Assembly: GCA_030390025.1 (NCBI GenBank)
Contig: CM059432.1
Span: forward strand, 107,510,001 to 107,574,000
Length of the DNA: 64,000 nucleotides
Direction: 5' to 3'
Source: Squalus acanthias
Lineage: Eukaryota
The translations under genes and the position numbers were made by a program. The notes under the pieces were generated by a model. That model saw only the letters and a list, made by a program, of their open reading frames with translations, had not been told where the DNA came from and made no database searches. This document shows, piece after piece, positions 48,001-60,145 of this stretch. The stretch's first letter is position 1. Every line of letters starts with the position of its first letter.

Positions 48001-50917
48001 AGTCACAGGGTGACAGTGAACCCCAGTCACAGGGTGTAGTGAACCCCAGTCACAGGGTGTAGTGAACCCCAGTCACAGGTGTAGTGAACCCAGTCACAGG
48101 GTGTAGTGAACCCCAGTCACAGGTGTAGTGAACCCCAGTCACACAGTGCGTGAACCCCAGTCACAGGGTGCAGTGAACCCCCGTCCACAGTGTAGTGAAC
48201 CCCAGTCACAGGGTGTAGTGAACCCCAGTCACACAGTGTAGTGAACCCCAGTCACAGGGTGTAGTGAACCCCAGTCCACAGTGTAGGTGAACCCCAGTCA
48301 CAGGTGTAGTGAACCCCAGTCACACAGTGTAGTGAACCCCAGTCACACAGTGTAGTGAACCCCAGTCACACAGTGTAGTGAACCCCAGTCACAGGGTGTA
48401 GTGAACCCCAGTCACAGGGTGTAGTGAACCCCAGTCACTCGGTGTAGTGAACCCCAGTCACAGGTGTAGTGAACCCCAGTCACAGGGTGTAGTGAACCCC
48501 AGTCACAGGGTGTAGTGAACTCCAGTCACAGGGTGTAGTGAACCCCAGTCACAGGGTGTAGTGAACCCCAGTCACAGGGTGTAGTGAACCCCAGTCACAG
48601 GGTGTAGTGAACCCCAGTCACACAGTGTAGTGAACCCCAGTCACAGGGTGTAGTGAACCCCAGTCACACAGTGTAGTGAACCCCAGTCACACAGTGTAGT
48701 GAACCCCAGTCACAGGGTGTAGTGAACCCCAGTCACTGGGTGTAGTGAACCCCAGTCACAGGGTGTAGTGAACCCCAGTCGCACAGTGTAGTGAACCCCA
48801 GTCACAGGGTGTAGTGAACCCCAGTCACTGGGTGTGTTGAACCCCAGTCACAGGGTGTAGTGAACCCCAGTCACTGGGTGTAGTGAACCCCAGTCACAGG
48901 GTGTAGTGAACCCCAGTCACACGGTGTAGTGAACCCCAGTCACAGGGTGTAGTGAACCCCAGTCACACAGTGCAGTGAACCCCAGTCACACAGTGTAGTG
49001 AACCCCAGTCACACAGTGTAGTGAACCCCAGTCACACAGTGGAGTGAACCCCAGTCACACAGTGGAGTGAACCCCAGTCACAAGGTGTAGTGAACCCCAG
49101 TCACAAGGTGTAGTGAACCCCAGTCACAGGGTGTAGTGAACCCCAGTCACAGGGTGTAGTGAACCCCAGTCACAAGGTGTAGTGAACCCCAGTCACAAGG
49201 TGTAGTGAACCCCAGTCACAGGGTGTAGTGAACCCCAGTCACAAGGTGTAGTGAACCCCAGTCACACAGTGTAGTGAACCCCAGTCACAGGGTGTAGTGA
49301 ACCCCAGTCACACAGTGTAGTGAACCCCAGTCACAGGGTGTAGTGAACCCCAGTCACACAGTGTAGTGAACCCCAGTCACAGGGTGTAGTGAACCCCAGT
49401 CACAGGTGTAGTGAACCCCAGTCACAGGTGTAGTGAACCCCAGTCACACAGTGTAGTGAACCCCAGTCACAGGTGTAGTGAACCCCAGTCACAGGTGTAG
49501 TGAACCCCAGTCACAGGGTAGTGAACCCCAGTCACACAGTGTAGTGAACCCCAGTCACAGGGTGTAGTGAACCCCAGTCACAGGTGTAGTGAACCCCAGT
49601 CACACAGGTGTAGTGAACCCCAGTCCACAGGGTGTAGTGAACCCCAGTCACAGGTGGAGTGAACCCCAGTCACAGGGTGTAGTGAACCCCAGTCACAAGG
49701 TGTAGTGAACCCCAGTCAACAGGGTGTAGTGAACCCCAGTCACAGGTGTAGTGAACCCCAGTCACACAGTGTAGTGAACCCAGTCACAGGGTGTAGTGAA
49801 CCCCAGTCACACAGGTGTAGTGAACCCCAGTCACAGGTGTAGTGAACCCCAGTCACAGGGTGTAGTGAACCCCAGTCACAGGGTGTAGTGAACCCCAGTC
49901 ACACAGTGGAGTGAACCCCAGTCACAGGGTGTAGTGAACCCCAGTCACACAGTGTAGTGAACCCCAGTCACACAGTGTAGTGAACCCTAGTCACAGGGTG
50001 TAGTGAACCCCAGTCACACAGTGGAGTGAACCCCAGTCACAGGGTGTAGTGAACCCCAGTCACAGGGTGTAGTGAACCCCAGTCACACGGTGTAGTGAAC
50101 CCCAGTCACACAGTGGAGTGAACCCCAGTCACAGGGTGTAGTGACCCCCAGTCACACAGTGGAGTGAACCCCAGTCACACAGTGTAGTGAACCCCAGTCA
50201 CAGGGTGTAGTGAACCCCAGTCACAGGGTGTAGTGAACCCCAGTCACCGGGTGTAGTGAACCCCAGTCACACAGTGTAGTGAACCCCAGTCACAGGGTTT
50301 AGTGAACCCCAGTCACAGGGTGTAGTGAACCCCAGTCACACAGTGTAGTGAACCCCAGTCACACAGTGTAGTGAACCCCAGTCACAGGGTGTAGTGAATC
50401 CCAGTCACAGGGTGCAGTGAACCCCAGTCACACAGTGTAGTGAACCCCAGTCACAGGGTGTAGTGAACCCCAGTCACAGGGTGTAGTGAACCCCAGTCAC
50501 ACGGTGTAGTGAACCCCAGTCACATGGTGTAGTGAACCCCAGTCACACAGTGTAGTGAACCCCAGTCACAGGGTGTAGTGAACCCCAGTCACAGGGTGTA
50601 GTGAACCCCAGTCACAGGGTGTAGTGAACCCCAGTCACATGGTGTAGTGAACCCCAGTCACAGGGTGCAGTGAACCCCAGTCACACGGTGTAGTGAACTC
50701 CAGTCACAGGGTGTAGTGAACCCCAGTCACACAGTGCAGTGAATCCCAGTCACACAGTGTAGTGAACCCCAGTCACACAGTGTAGTGAACCCCAGTCACA
50801 GGGTGTAGTGAACCCCAGTCACACAGTGTAGTGAACCCCAGTCACAGGGTGTAGTGAACCCCAGTCACACAGTGCAGTGAACCCCAGTCACAGGGTGCAG
50901 TGAACCCCAGTCACAGG
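36026..50917. repeat. Satellite array, 23-bp unit GTGTAGTGAACCCCAGTCAC(AGG/ACA/TGG/ACG/ATG/AAG/CGG), roughly 650 copies
   Basis: Uninterrupted 23-bp periodicity over ~14.9 kb with degenerate units at both edges. Confidence 0.98.
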
Positions 50918-52949
50918 CTGTAATGAGACCAGATTTGCCAACAGACTATAAATGCTATGTGTTGTTCTGTGCTGAGTATCAGTGATAATGAACTTGCAAT
51001 AGCATGAATGGAGCCAAGGTATCTAATGAGCTACTTAATTGTACTTTTTGGCACAGAGAGGAAACGTTGTGGTTGTTGTAAGTTATCTATTACGAATAGG
51101 TAAGCCATGTAATAACGGGCTGTTAATGAAACAGATCATGCTGCTTGTTCTGTTAAAAGGCAGTTTCAGTTCTGCTGCTGAATTTGTACAGTATGACCCA
51201 GAACGGAAATTTTCACATCAGAAAAAAATGTATTTGGAGAACTGAAGTTAACTTGTTTTCTGGCAACTGTGAATTGCCACTTTGACTGCAACTCCCAGTT
51301 GCAGACTTACAGTGACGTTGTTTAGTGCAAGATAGAAACATTCTTAGCTATGTTTCAAACAGTGCTTTAATATGCAGAGTGTGCTCTTTAACAAGTCAAA
51401 TTTTCCATAAATCACCAAATATCTGCCCTCACTCTGACGAACCCAACACAAAAATGCATGTCTACATTTTCCTATCACACGAGGTTTAAATATTGGCTCT
51501 TTTGGCCAATTTCCTTCTGGCAGTCGTCTGCATACTGGCTCCACTCATCTAATGGCTCTTGGAGTCTGTAAAGCATAATTGTTTGAGGGAACAAGAGGGT
51601 TTTTAGTGGCTGCCATTTCTAAAAATATGACCTTTCGCCTCCTACCTTTTTATGTCTTCATAATGTCAACAAGTCTGATATTTTTGGATGGAAATGAGGG
51701 AGTTTTAATTCCTTTCTACAATGCTCAAAACCCACGTATTACAATCAGATTACAATTCCATTAGCAGCTTTCTAAAAGACAGAAAGAACCCTTTGTGCTG
51801 ATGCAATGATCTCTCAGCCTAGTTTCTCAATTGGATTGCTACAGCTCAAATGGAAAAGAAAGCTCAGCTGAAAGCTGTTAACGCCCATCCCTGCTATTTA
51901 CACAGTCCATTTCTCACTTTGTAAATGAACAAGTTCCAAATAAAGCACCAAATTCATGCAGTGGGACTTGTTTGCATTGCATCAACTGATTAGCCCTTTC
52001 AGTTTTTGGGTTTAAAATTTTACCCAAGAATTTCCCTTCTCATGGTTCAATGGAGTTAGTGTTAAGACTTTGAGTTTTAGCATGCATTTATGTTTGCCTC
52101 CCTCTTTACATGATTCAAACCCTGCTTATAAAATGAAAGATCAGAAGATACGTAGGTCGGCTTTGTCGGCTATCCAGGGGACCATACAAGGTAGCAAGCA
52201 GCTACTGAGAGAAAACTGGAGAGGAAAGATAGAAGCAGTTGATCATGTGAGGCAGGGTTCAGTTTCATATCGTCTGAAATTTATAGGTCTTTTGAAACAA
52301 AAACTACACAGAAGAATTGTTCTGGGCCTTTCTTTTTTGCAACTTGTAACTCGTACTGAGAAATTAGCCTTGGTGCCTTTTGGAAAATGATGTTTGAGAG
52401 AAGTCGACCAAATAAACAGCGGCTGATACTCACATAGCTGGGGCGACACTTTGAGATGACAAACACCAGAGCACATGCTGGCTGCGGAGAAGCTCAGAAG
52501 CTGCCAATGCATTCGGAGAAAATGGTGGGTAAGATGCCCCATTTTTTCTGTCTATCCGGATTGAAAATTTAATTTAAAGGGACTCAGCAACTTAATTTGT
52601 TTGTTTGGGGTCAGACAACAGCCAGGTGTTACTGTCATCATAGGATTGCAAGATAATTGCAGACGAGGAAGGCCATTCGGCCCATCCATCCAGAGAGATT
52701 CTGACATCCCCACCCCTCACACCATTGTAGTTTCTAGTTGATAAATGATTCCACGGCAAAATGCCATCATCACCGATTCACATGGCACTTTCGGTATGAC
52801 TTATGTCAACATGTCTTCATCAACAAACGAAGAAGGGTTTGCCAGCACCTTTTCGTGAAGAAAGTGCCCCTTCAAAATGATAATATTTTCATCAAAAGAC
52901 AAAATGTAACTAAGATCTTAAATAAGATTAATACCCTTGCCAAGGAAAA

Positions 52950-53432
52950 ATGAATCAATCTCAGTGTTTAAATTTTCAATTGACCCCTAGCCTCAACAGC
53001 TCCAGATTTCCACTATCCTTTGTGTGAAGAAGTGCTTCATGACATCACCCCTGAATGGCCGAGCTGTAATTTTAAGGTTATGCCCGTTGTTCTGGATACC
53101 CCCACCAGAAGAAATAGTTTCTCTCTATCTACCCTATCAAATCTTTTAATCATTTTAACCACCTCAATTAGATCAACCCTTAATCTTCTATATGCAAGGG
53201 AATACAAGCCTAGTCTATGCAACCTGTCCCCATATTTTATCCTTTTTAGCCCAGGTATCATTCTGGTCAATCTGCGCTGCACCCCCTCCAAGGCCAATAT
53301 ATCCTTCCTGAGGTGCGAAGCCCAGAAGTGAAAGCAATACTCCAGATGGGGTCTAATGAGATCTTTATATAACTGTAGCATAACTTCAACTCCGTTGTAT
53401 TCTGGCCCCCTTGAAATAAAGGCCAACATTCC
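52950..53432 (-). mobile_element. CR1 RT C-terminal fragment
   Basis: ORF 53037-53456: MLQLYKDLIRPHLEYCFHFWASHLRKDILALEGVQRR. Confidence 0.85.
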
Positions 53433-53754
53433 ACGAGCCTCGGGAAGCCAGCCCATTTTTGGGTTCGGTATGCTTTTGAATGGCTCCCACGTTGAGCCGT
53501 CTGGCAGGTGTCGGGAAGGGGAGGAGACTATCCTAGAGGGGGTCGAGCAGAGGGCGACGGCGCCAGCTATACTTTTATGGAGCCAGGAGGAGCTGGAGTG
53601 CTACTACTAGCCTAACAAATTTCTCCAAAAAAAATGTTGTTGGCCCTTTAACAATCTATATTAATGACCTAGATGAAGGGACCGAGTGTAATGTATCCAA
53701 GTTTGCTGATGATACAAAGCTAGGTGGGACAGTAAGCTGTGAGGAGAACACAAA

Positions 53755-54621
53755 GGCCGGGATCTTACCTGAAGAGGCGCGTTGGGGGCAGGACTGCTGC
53801 CTTTCGGGTTCTAGTCCCGCCCCAGTGATGTCAGACACACAGATGCTATTTTGCGTCAATTGGCCTTGTTAAGCCCGCCCTACGGGCTTGCCGGCCAATT
53901 AAGAGAAAGCCAGTGTCAGATGGCATCAGTTGATGACGTGTCATCTGCTGGTTTTCTTAAAGGGGCCACCACCATTTCTTTTTGACATGATTTTTTCAGT
54001 GTTTGACAGCATTGAGGTGCTGCAAACACTGATAATCACTGTACAAAGGTGAGCCCTTGCACCCAGGCTCTCCAGTGACTCTCTCCTTCGGCTAAAACAG
54101 ATGGCAGCTGCAGGTGAGGTTACAGAAGTGATCTGTCACTGATGAGAGAGGTTCTCCTAATGAGGTGGGACTACACAAACACTTCAAAGCTTGTCGCGTA
54201 CAAAAAATTCTAAACACATTAAAAATGACTTTCCCAACCTCTGCAACTCACCAGTGTCCCATTGGATCCTTCACACCACTTCTGCAGCTGTCATCCATAC
54301 ACAAACATTACAGTAGACCCACAGCACACCACATTTACCCTGGCGGGGTTTCCCTGCCGTCGGGAAGCCAGCAGTAGAAGTGTCAAAATTGAAAAAAGCC
54401 TCTTAAATGCCTGTTAACTAACTGTTAACAAGTAGTTAAGTGGCTATAATACTCTTCCCGTTGCTAGGAGTCGGGTCCCTGCGCAAATCGGGTACCCGAC
54501 TCCCGGGAAGATTGATTAGAGGTGGGTTGGAAGTGGGTTCGGGACCTGCTGCCAATCTTTTTGATTTTGCCAGCAGTCCTACCTCCAAACCCGACCCCTA
54601 AGCGCCGGCAATATCACCCCC
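53755..54621. mobile_element. Non-autonomous PIF/Harbinger element (867 bp)
   Basis: 3-bp TSD AAA; degenerate TIRs GGCCGGGATCTT / AATATCACCCCC; left arm homologous to the reverse complement of 10820-11111. Confidence 0.8.
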
Positions 54622-55239
54622 AAAGAGTCTGCAAAGGGATATAGATAGACTAAGTGAGTGGGCAGTAAGGTGGCAGGTGGAGTATAATGGCGGGAAATGT
54701 GAGGTTATTCACTTTAGTAGGAAGAATAGAAAAACAGAATATTTTTTAAATGGTGAGAAACTTTCAAATGTTGGTGTTCAGAGAGATTTGGGTGTCCTCG
54801 TGCAAGAAACACAGAAAGCTAGCATGCAGGTACAGCAAGCAATAAGGAAGGCAAATGGCGTGTTGGCCTTTATTGCAAGAGGGTTGGAGTATAAGAGTAA
54901 GGAAATCTTGCTACAATTGTACAGGGCCTTGGTGAGACCACACCTGGAGTACTGCGCACAGTTTTGGTCTCCTTATCTAAGGAAGGATATACTTGCCTTG
55001 GAGGCGGTGCAACGAAGGTTCACTAGATTGATTCCTGGGATGAGAGGGTTGTCCTATGATGAGAGATTGTATAGAATGGGCCTATACTCTCTGGAGTTTG
55101 GAAGAATGAGAGGTGATCTCATTGAAACATACAAGATTCTGAAGGGGATTGACAGGGTAGATGCTGAGAGGTTGTTTCCCCTGGCTGGAGTGTCTAGAAC
55201 TAGGGGGCATAGTCTCAGGATAAGGGGTAGGCCATTTAA

Positions 55240-57125
55240 ACATAGAAACATAGAAGATAGGAGCAGGAGTAGGCCATTCGGCCCCTCGAGCCTGCTCCGC
55301 CATTTAATGAGATCATGGCTGATCATCCAAATTCAGTATCCTGTCCCTGCTTTCTCCCCATATCCCTTGATCCCTTTAGCCTTAAGAAATATATCTAACT
55401 CCTTCTTGAATATATTTAATGAATTGGCCTCAACTGCCTTCTGTGGTAGAGAATTCCACAGGTTCACCACTCTCTGGGTGAAGAAATTCCTCCTCATCTC
55501 AGTCCTAAATGGCTTACCCCTTATCCTTAGACTGTGACCCCTGGTTCTGGACTCCCCCGCCATCGGGAACATCCTTTCTGCATCTAGTCTGTCTGGTCTT
55601 GTAAGAATTTTATAAGTTTCAATGAGATCCCCTCTCATTCTTCTAAACTCTAGCGAATACAAGCCCAATCGTCCCAATCTCTCTTCATACGTCATTCCTG
55701 CCATTCCAGGTATCAGTCTGATGAATCTTCGCTGCACTCCCTCCATGGCAAGAACATCTTTCCTCAGATAAGGCAACCAAAACTGCACACAATACTCAAG
55801 GTGTGGTCTCACCAAGGCCCTGTACAACTGCAGCAAGGCATCCTTGCTCCTGTACTCAAATCCTCTTGCTATGAAGGGCAACATACCATTTGCCTTCTTA
55901 ACCGCCTGCTGCACCTGCATGCTTACCTTCAACGACTGGTGCACAAGGACTCCCAGGTCTCGTTGCACTTCCCCTTTTCCCAATCTATTGCCGTTCAGAT
56001 AATAATCTGCCTTCCTGTTTTTGCCACCAAAGTGGATAACCTCACATTTATCCACATTATACTGCATCTGCCATGCATCTGCCCAATCACCCAACTTGTC
56101 CAAATCATACTGGAGTTTCTCTGCATCCTCCTCACAACACACACGCCCACCCAGCTTTGTGTCGTCTGCAAACTTGGAGATATTACATCTAGTTCCCTCG
56201 TCTAGATCATTAATATATATTGTGAATAATTGGGGTCCTAGCACCGATCCCTGCGGTACCCCACTAGTCACTGCCTGCCACTCGGAAAAAGACGCGTTTA
56301 TTCCAACTCTTTGCTTCCTGTCTGCCAACCAGTTCTCTATCCAAGTCAGTACCTTACCCCCAATCCCATGTGCTTTAACTTTGCACGCTAATCTCTTATG
56401 CGGGACCTTATCGAAAGCTTTCTGAAAGTCCAAATACACCACATCCACTGGTTCTCCCTTATCTATTCTACCAGTTACATCCTCAAAAAATTCCAGTGGA
56501 TTAGTCAAGCATGATTTCCCTTTTGTAAATCCATGTTGACTTTGTCCGATCCTGTCACTGTTTTCCAAGTGCTCTGCTATTACATCTTTTATAATGGACT
56601 GTAGCATTTTGCCCACTACCGATGTCAGGCTTACCGGTCTATAATTCCCCGTTTTCTCTCTCCCACCTTTTTTAAATAGTGGGGTTACATTAGCTACCCT
56701 CCAATCCATGGGAACTGTTCCAGAGTCTATAGAATTTTGGAAGATGACCAGCAATGCATCTACTATTTCTAGGGCCACTTCCTTAAGTACCCTAGGATGT
56801 AGATTATCAGGCCCTGGGGATTTATCGGCCTTCAATCCCGTCAATTTCCCTAACACCATTTCCCTACAAATACTGATTTCATTCAGTTCTTCCCTCTCAT
56901 TAGACCCTATGTTCCCCGACATCTCTGGGAGGTTATTTGTGTCCTCCTTTGTGAAGACAGAACCAAAGTATGTATTTAATTGGTCTGCCATTCCCCATTA
57001 TAAATTCCCCTGATTCTGACTGCAAGGGACCTATGCTTGACTTCACCAATTTTTTTCTCTTCACATATCTATAGAGGCTTTTACAGTCAGTTTTTATGTT
57101 CCCTGCAAGCTTACTCTCATATTCT
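55240..57125 (-). mobile_element. Young 5'-truncated CR1 LINE with a 552-aa open RT frame (55333-56991)
   Basis: All RT motifs intact; 6-bp TSD ATTTAA at 55234-55239 and 57126-57131; ACATAGAA tail. Confidence 0.93.
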
Positions 57126-57377
57126 ATTTAAGACCGAGATGATGAGGAATTTCTTCACTCAGAGGGTTGTGAATCTTTGGAATTCTCTGCCCCAGAGGGC
57201 TGTGCATGCTGAGTCTTTGAGTATATTCAAGGCTGAGATAGATAGATTTTTGGACTCTAGGGGAATCAAGGGACATGGGGATCGGGCGGGAAAGTGGAGT
57301 TGAGGTCGATGATCAGCCATGATCTTATTGAATGGCGAAGCAGGCTCGAGGGGCCGTATGGCTAACTCCTGCTTTTA

Positions 57378-58495
57378 CTCTACCGTGGTTGACACGGCCC
57401 TTGACCGTGTCCGTTCTATCTCCTGCACTTCTGCCCTCACCCCTGCCCCTCCCTCCGGGAACCACGATAGAGTTCCCCTTGTCCTCACCTTTCACCCCAC
57501 CAGCCTCCACATTCAACGGATCATCCTCCACCACCTTCAGCGTGATCCCACCACCAAACACATCTTCCCCATCCCTCCCCTTTCAGCATTCCGAAGGGAC
57601 CGCTCCCTCCGCGACACCCTAGTCCACTCCTCTATCACCCCCAACACTCCTTCCCCTTCACCCGGCACCTCCCCGTGCAAGCGCAGGAGATGCAACACGT
57701 GCCCTTATACCTCCCCCCTTCCCACTGTCCAGGGCCCCAAACACCCCTTCCAGGTGAAACAGCGATTTATTGTACTTCTTGCAATTTAGTATACTGTATT
57801 CGCTGCTCACGATGTGGTCTCCTCTACATTGGGGAGACCAAACGCAGATTGGGTGACCGCTTTGCGGAACACCTCCGTTCAGTCCGTAAGGGGAACCCCG
57901 AGCTTCCGGTCGCCTGTCACTTTAATTCTCCGCTCCACTCCCACTCAGACCTCACCGTCCTCGGCCTCTTGCATTGTTCCACTGAAGCTCAGCGTAAGCT
58001 CGAGGAACAGCACCTCATCTTTCGATTAGGCACTTTACAGCCCTCTGGACTCAACATAGAGTTCAACAATTTCAAATCATAACCTCGGCCCCTATCATAT
58101 ATATATTTTTTATCCACACTTTTTGTCTGTGTCTTTTGTTCTTCTCTCCCACATGGCAGCTGTCTTTCATTCTGCCAGCGCAATTTACACTTCATCTAGA
58201 GCCATCCTTTGTTTCTTAACCTGTCCCATTACCATCTCCTTTTGCCTTGAATATCTCTTAATGTCTCTTAACCTCTCCTGCCTTCTATCCTGTCACAGAC
58301 CTTCCCTTTTGTTCCTTCATACCCTCCCCCCTTTCCCAACCCTACACTTGCTTAAAAATCTGTTCCATTTCCTGCTTTTTTCCAGTTCTGATGAAAGGTC
58401 ATCGACCTGAAACGTTAACTCTGTTTCTCTCTTCACAGATGCTGCCTGATCTGCTGAGTATCTCCAGCGTTTTCTGTTTTTATTCCTGCTTTTAT
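57378..58495 (+). mobile_element. 5'-truncated Penelope-like element (RT C-terminal/linker region, GIY-YIG endonuclease, pseudo-LTR)
   Basis: RVPLVLTFHP, PCKRRRCNTC, then (frameshifted) NLVYCIRCSRCGLLYIGETKRRLGDRFAEH...RKLEEQHLIFRLGTLQPSGLN; stop at 58082. Confidence 0.9.
58384..58420 (+). ncRNA. Minimal type I hammerhead ribozyme (Penelope-associated)
   Basis: AGTT-CTGATGA-A-AGGTC-ATC-GACCT-GAA-ACGT-T-AACT: helix I AGTT/AACT, intact core, 5-bp helix II, palindromic helix III ACGT. Confidence 0.85.
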
Positions 58496-58577
58496 TTCTT
58501 ATGTTCCTGAGAGTCCAGCTGCTGTCCCTTTAAGGGCGGTTAGGTTGGTTTTTTGACCCGCTGTCAATCTTTGCGAT

Positions 58578-59380
58578 TTTGCCGGATGTCCTGCCTCCAA
58601 ACCCACCCCCTGAGCGCCGGCAAAATTCCGGCCATTGTCTTTGGCCCCCGCCACAAACTCCATTCCATTCCCCTCCCTGGCCACCTTCTCAGACTGAACC
58701 AGACTGTTCACAACCTCAGTGTCTTATTCGAGCCTGGGATGAGCTTCCAACCCCATATTGTCTCCATCACAAAGACCGCCTACTTTCACCTCCATAATAT
58801 TGCCTGTCTCTGCCACTGCCTCAGCCTATCTGATGCTGAAACCCCCATCCGTGCTTTTGTTATATCCAATCTCAACTATTCCAATGCTCTCCTGGCCAAC
58901 CTCCCATCTTCCACCATCCATAAACTTGAGCTCATCCCAAATTCTGATGCCCGTAACCTAACTCGCACCAAGGGATGTTCACCCATCACCCCTGTGCTCT
59001 ATATTGGCTCCCAGTCCACCAATGCCTTGATTTTAAAATTCTCATCCTCATATTCAAATTCTTCTATGGCCTTGCCCCTTTTAAAATCTGTAACCTCATC
59101 CAACCTTACAACCCACGAGAACTCTACGTTCCTGCAATTCTGGTCTCACTTCCTTCGCCCCATTATTGGCAGCCGTGCCTTCAGCTGTCTGGGCCCTAAG
59201 CTCTGGAATTCCGTCCGTAAACCTCTCTATCACTCTCTCCTCCTTTAAGAATCTGCTTAAAACCTACCTCTGTACTAATGCCTCCTTCTCTGGTTCGATA
59301 TCGATTATGCTCCTGTGAAGCACCTTGGGACGTTTTACTGCATTAAATGCAAGTTGTTATATAAATATAAGTCGTTGTCG
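58578..59380 (+). mobile_element. L2-type LINE 3' portion
   Basis: ORF 58553-59248 contains LRLNQTVHNLSVLFEPGMSFQPHIVSITKTAYFHL; L2 tail near 59340-59380. Confidence 0.85.
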
Positions 59381-59837
59381 TACCTGAAAATTGCAAACAG
59401 GGTCCTACAACTGGCTTCGGACCCTGAACTGCATATTCCAGCTGCTCGTGCATTTACATGGCACACCTGAAAATTGCATCAGTGGGGAGGCCAAAGTGCC
59501 CACCCCTGCTAATTTTCAAATGCCAGCCACCCGTTTTTCAGGTGCAAGAAACGGAACGCTGTCAGTTGAAAATCGTCCCATGGTCTCCTACACACATGCA
59601 ACACTAAGGTCACGAACAGTCAAGAATTTCATAAAGGTTTTTTACAAAGAAGTCTCAACCATCATAGAATTGTGTGAACAAATATAACCTCCATTGGAGA
59701 AAGAAAGAGGAAAGTGATGTACTGACAGAATGCTGTATTGTCTTTGTGAATGGCCCAACAACTGCTTCAGGTGTCAGTAAAGGACGCCTCTTGTTTGTCC
59801 TTACCCAATATGGTGGCCGGCACACATTAAATGGGAA

Positions 59838-60145
59838 TTTTTAAAAATTTCATTCATGGGATGTGGACGTCGCTGGCAGGGCCAGCATTTATTGCCCATC
59901 CCTAACTGCCCTTGAGAAGATTGTGGTGAGCTGCCTTCTTGAACCATCAACATCCTGGGGGTCACCATTGACCAGAAACTTAACTTAACTGGACCAGCCA
60001 CATAAATACAGTGGCAACAAGAGCAGGTCAGAGACTAGGTATTCTATGACGAGTGTCTCACCTCCTGACTCCCCAAAGCCTTTCCACCAGTTACAAGGCA
60101 CAAGTAAGGAGTGTGATGGAATACTCTCCACTTGCCTGGATGAGT
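59838..60145. mobile_element. LINE with an inverted 5' part (3' end on the minus strand, internal ORF segment on the plus strand)
   Basis: 59850-59945 is the reverse complement of the 3' end seen at 415-515; 59943-60145 encodes INILGVTIDQKL.WTSHINTVATRAGQRLGIL...YKAQVRSVMEYSPLAWM on the plus strand. Confidence 0.7.

Larger units (their letters stand above)
53647..57375 (+). mobile_element. 5'-truncated CR1 LINE split by a Harbinger MITE (53755-54621) and an antisense CR1 (55240-57125)
   Basis: IYINDLDEG...KFADD, ORF from 54677, 3' end resumes at 57126; same subfamily as 7683-10200. Confidence 0.9.

Noticed and set aside
45880..49860. Zone of satellite units with many 1-2 bp indels as a distinct sub-family
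   Set aside because: The indels are mostly in homopolymers (CCC/CCCC, GG/GGG) and sporadic, typical of low-coverage long-read consensus error; this cannot be called biological without reads.
36026..50917. CRISPR-like array or coding repeat
   Set aside because: There are no unique spacers (only a 3-nt variable site), no cas genes and no ORFs, and the context is eukaryotic; it is a tandem satellite.
54677..55537. 286-aa ORF as a novel RT fusion protein
   Set aside because: Chance read-through from one CR1 into the antisense 3' end of another inserted CR1.
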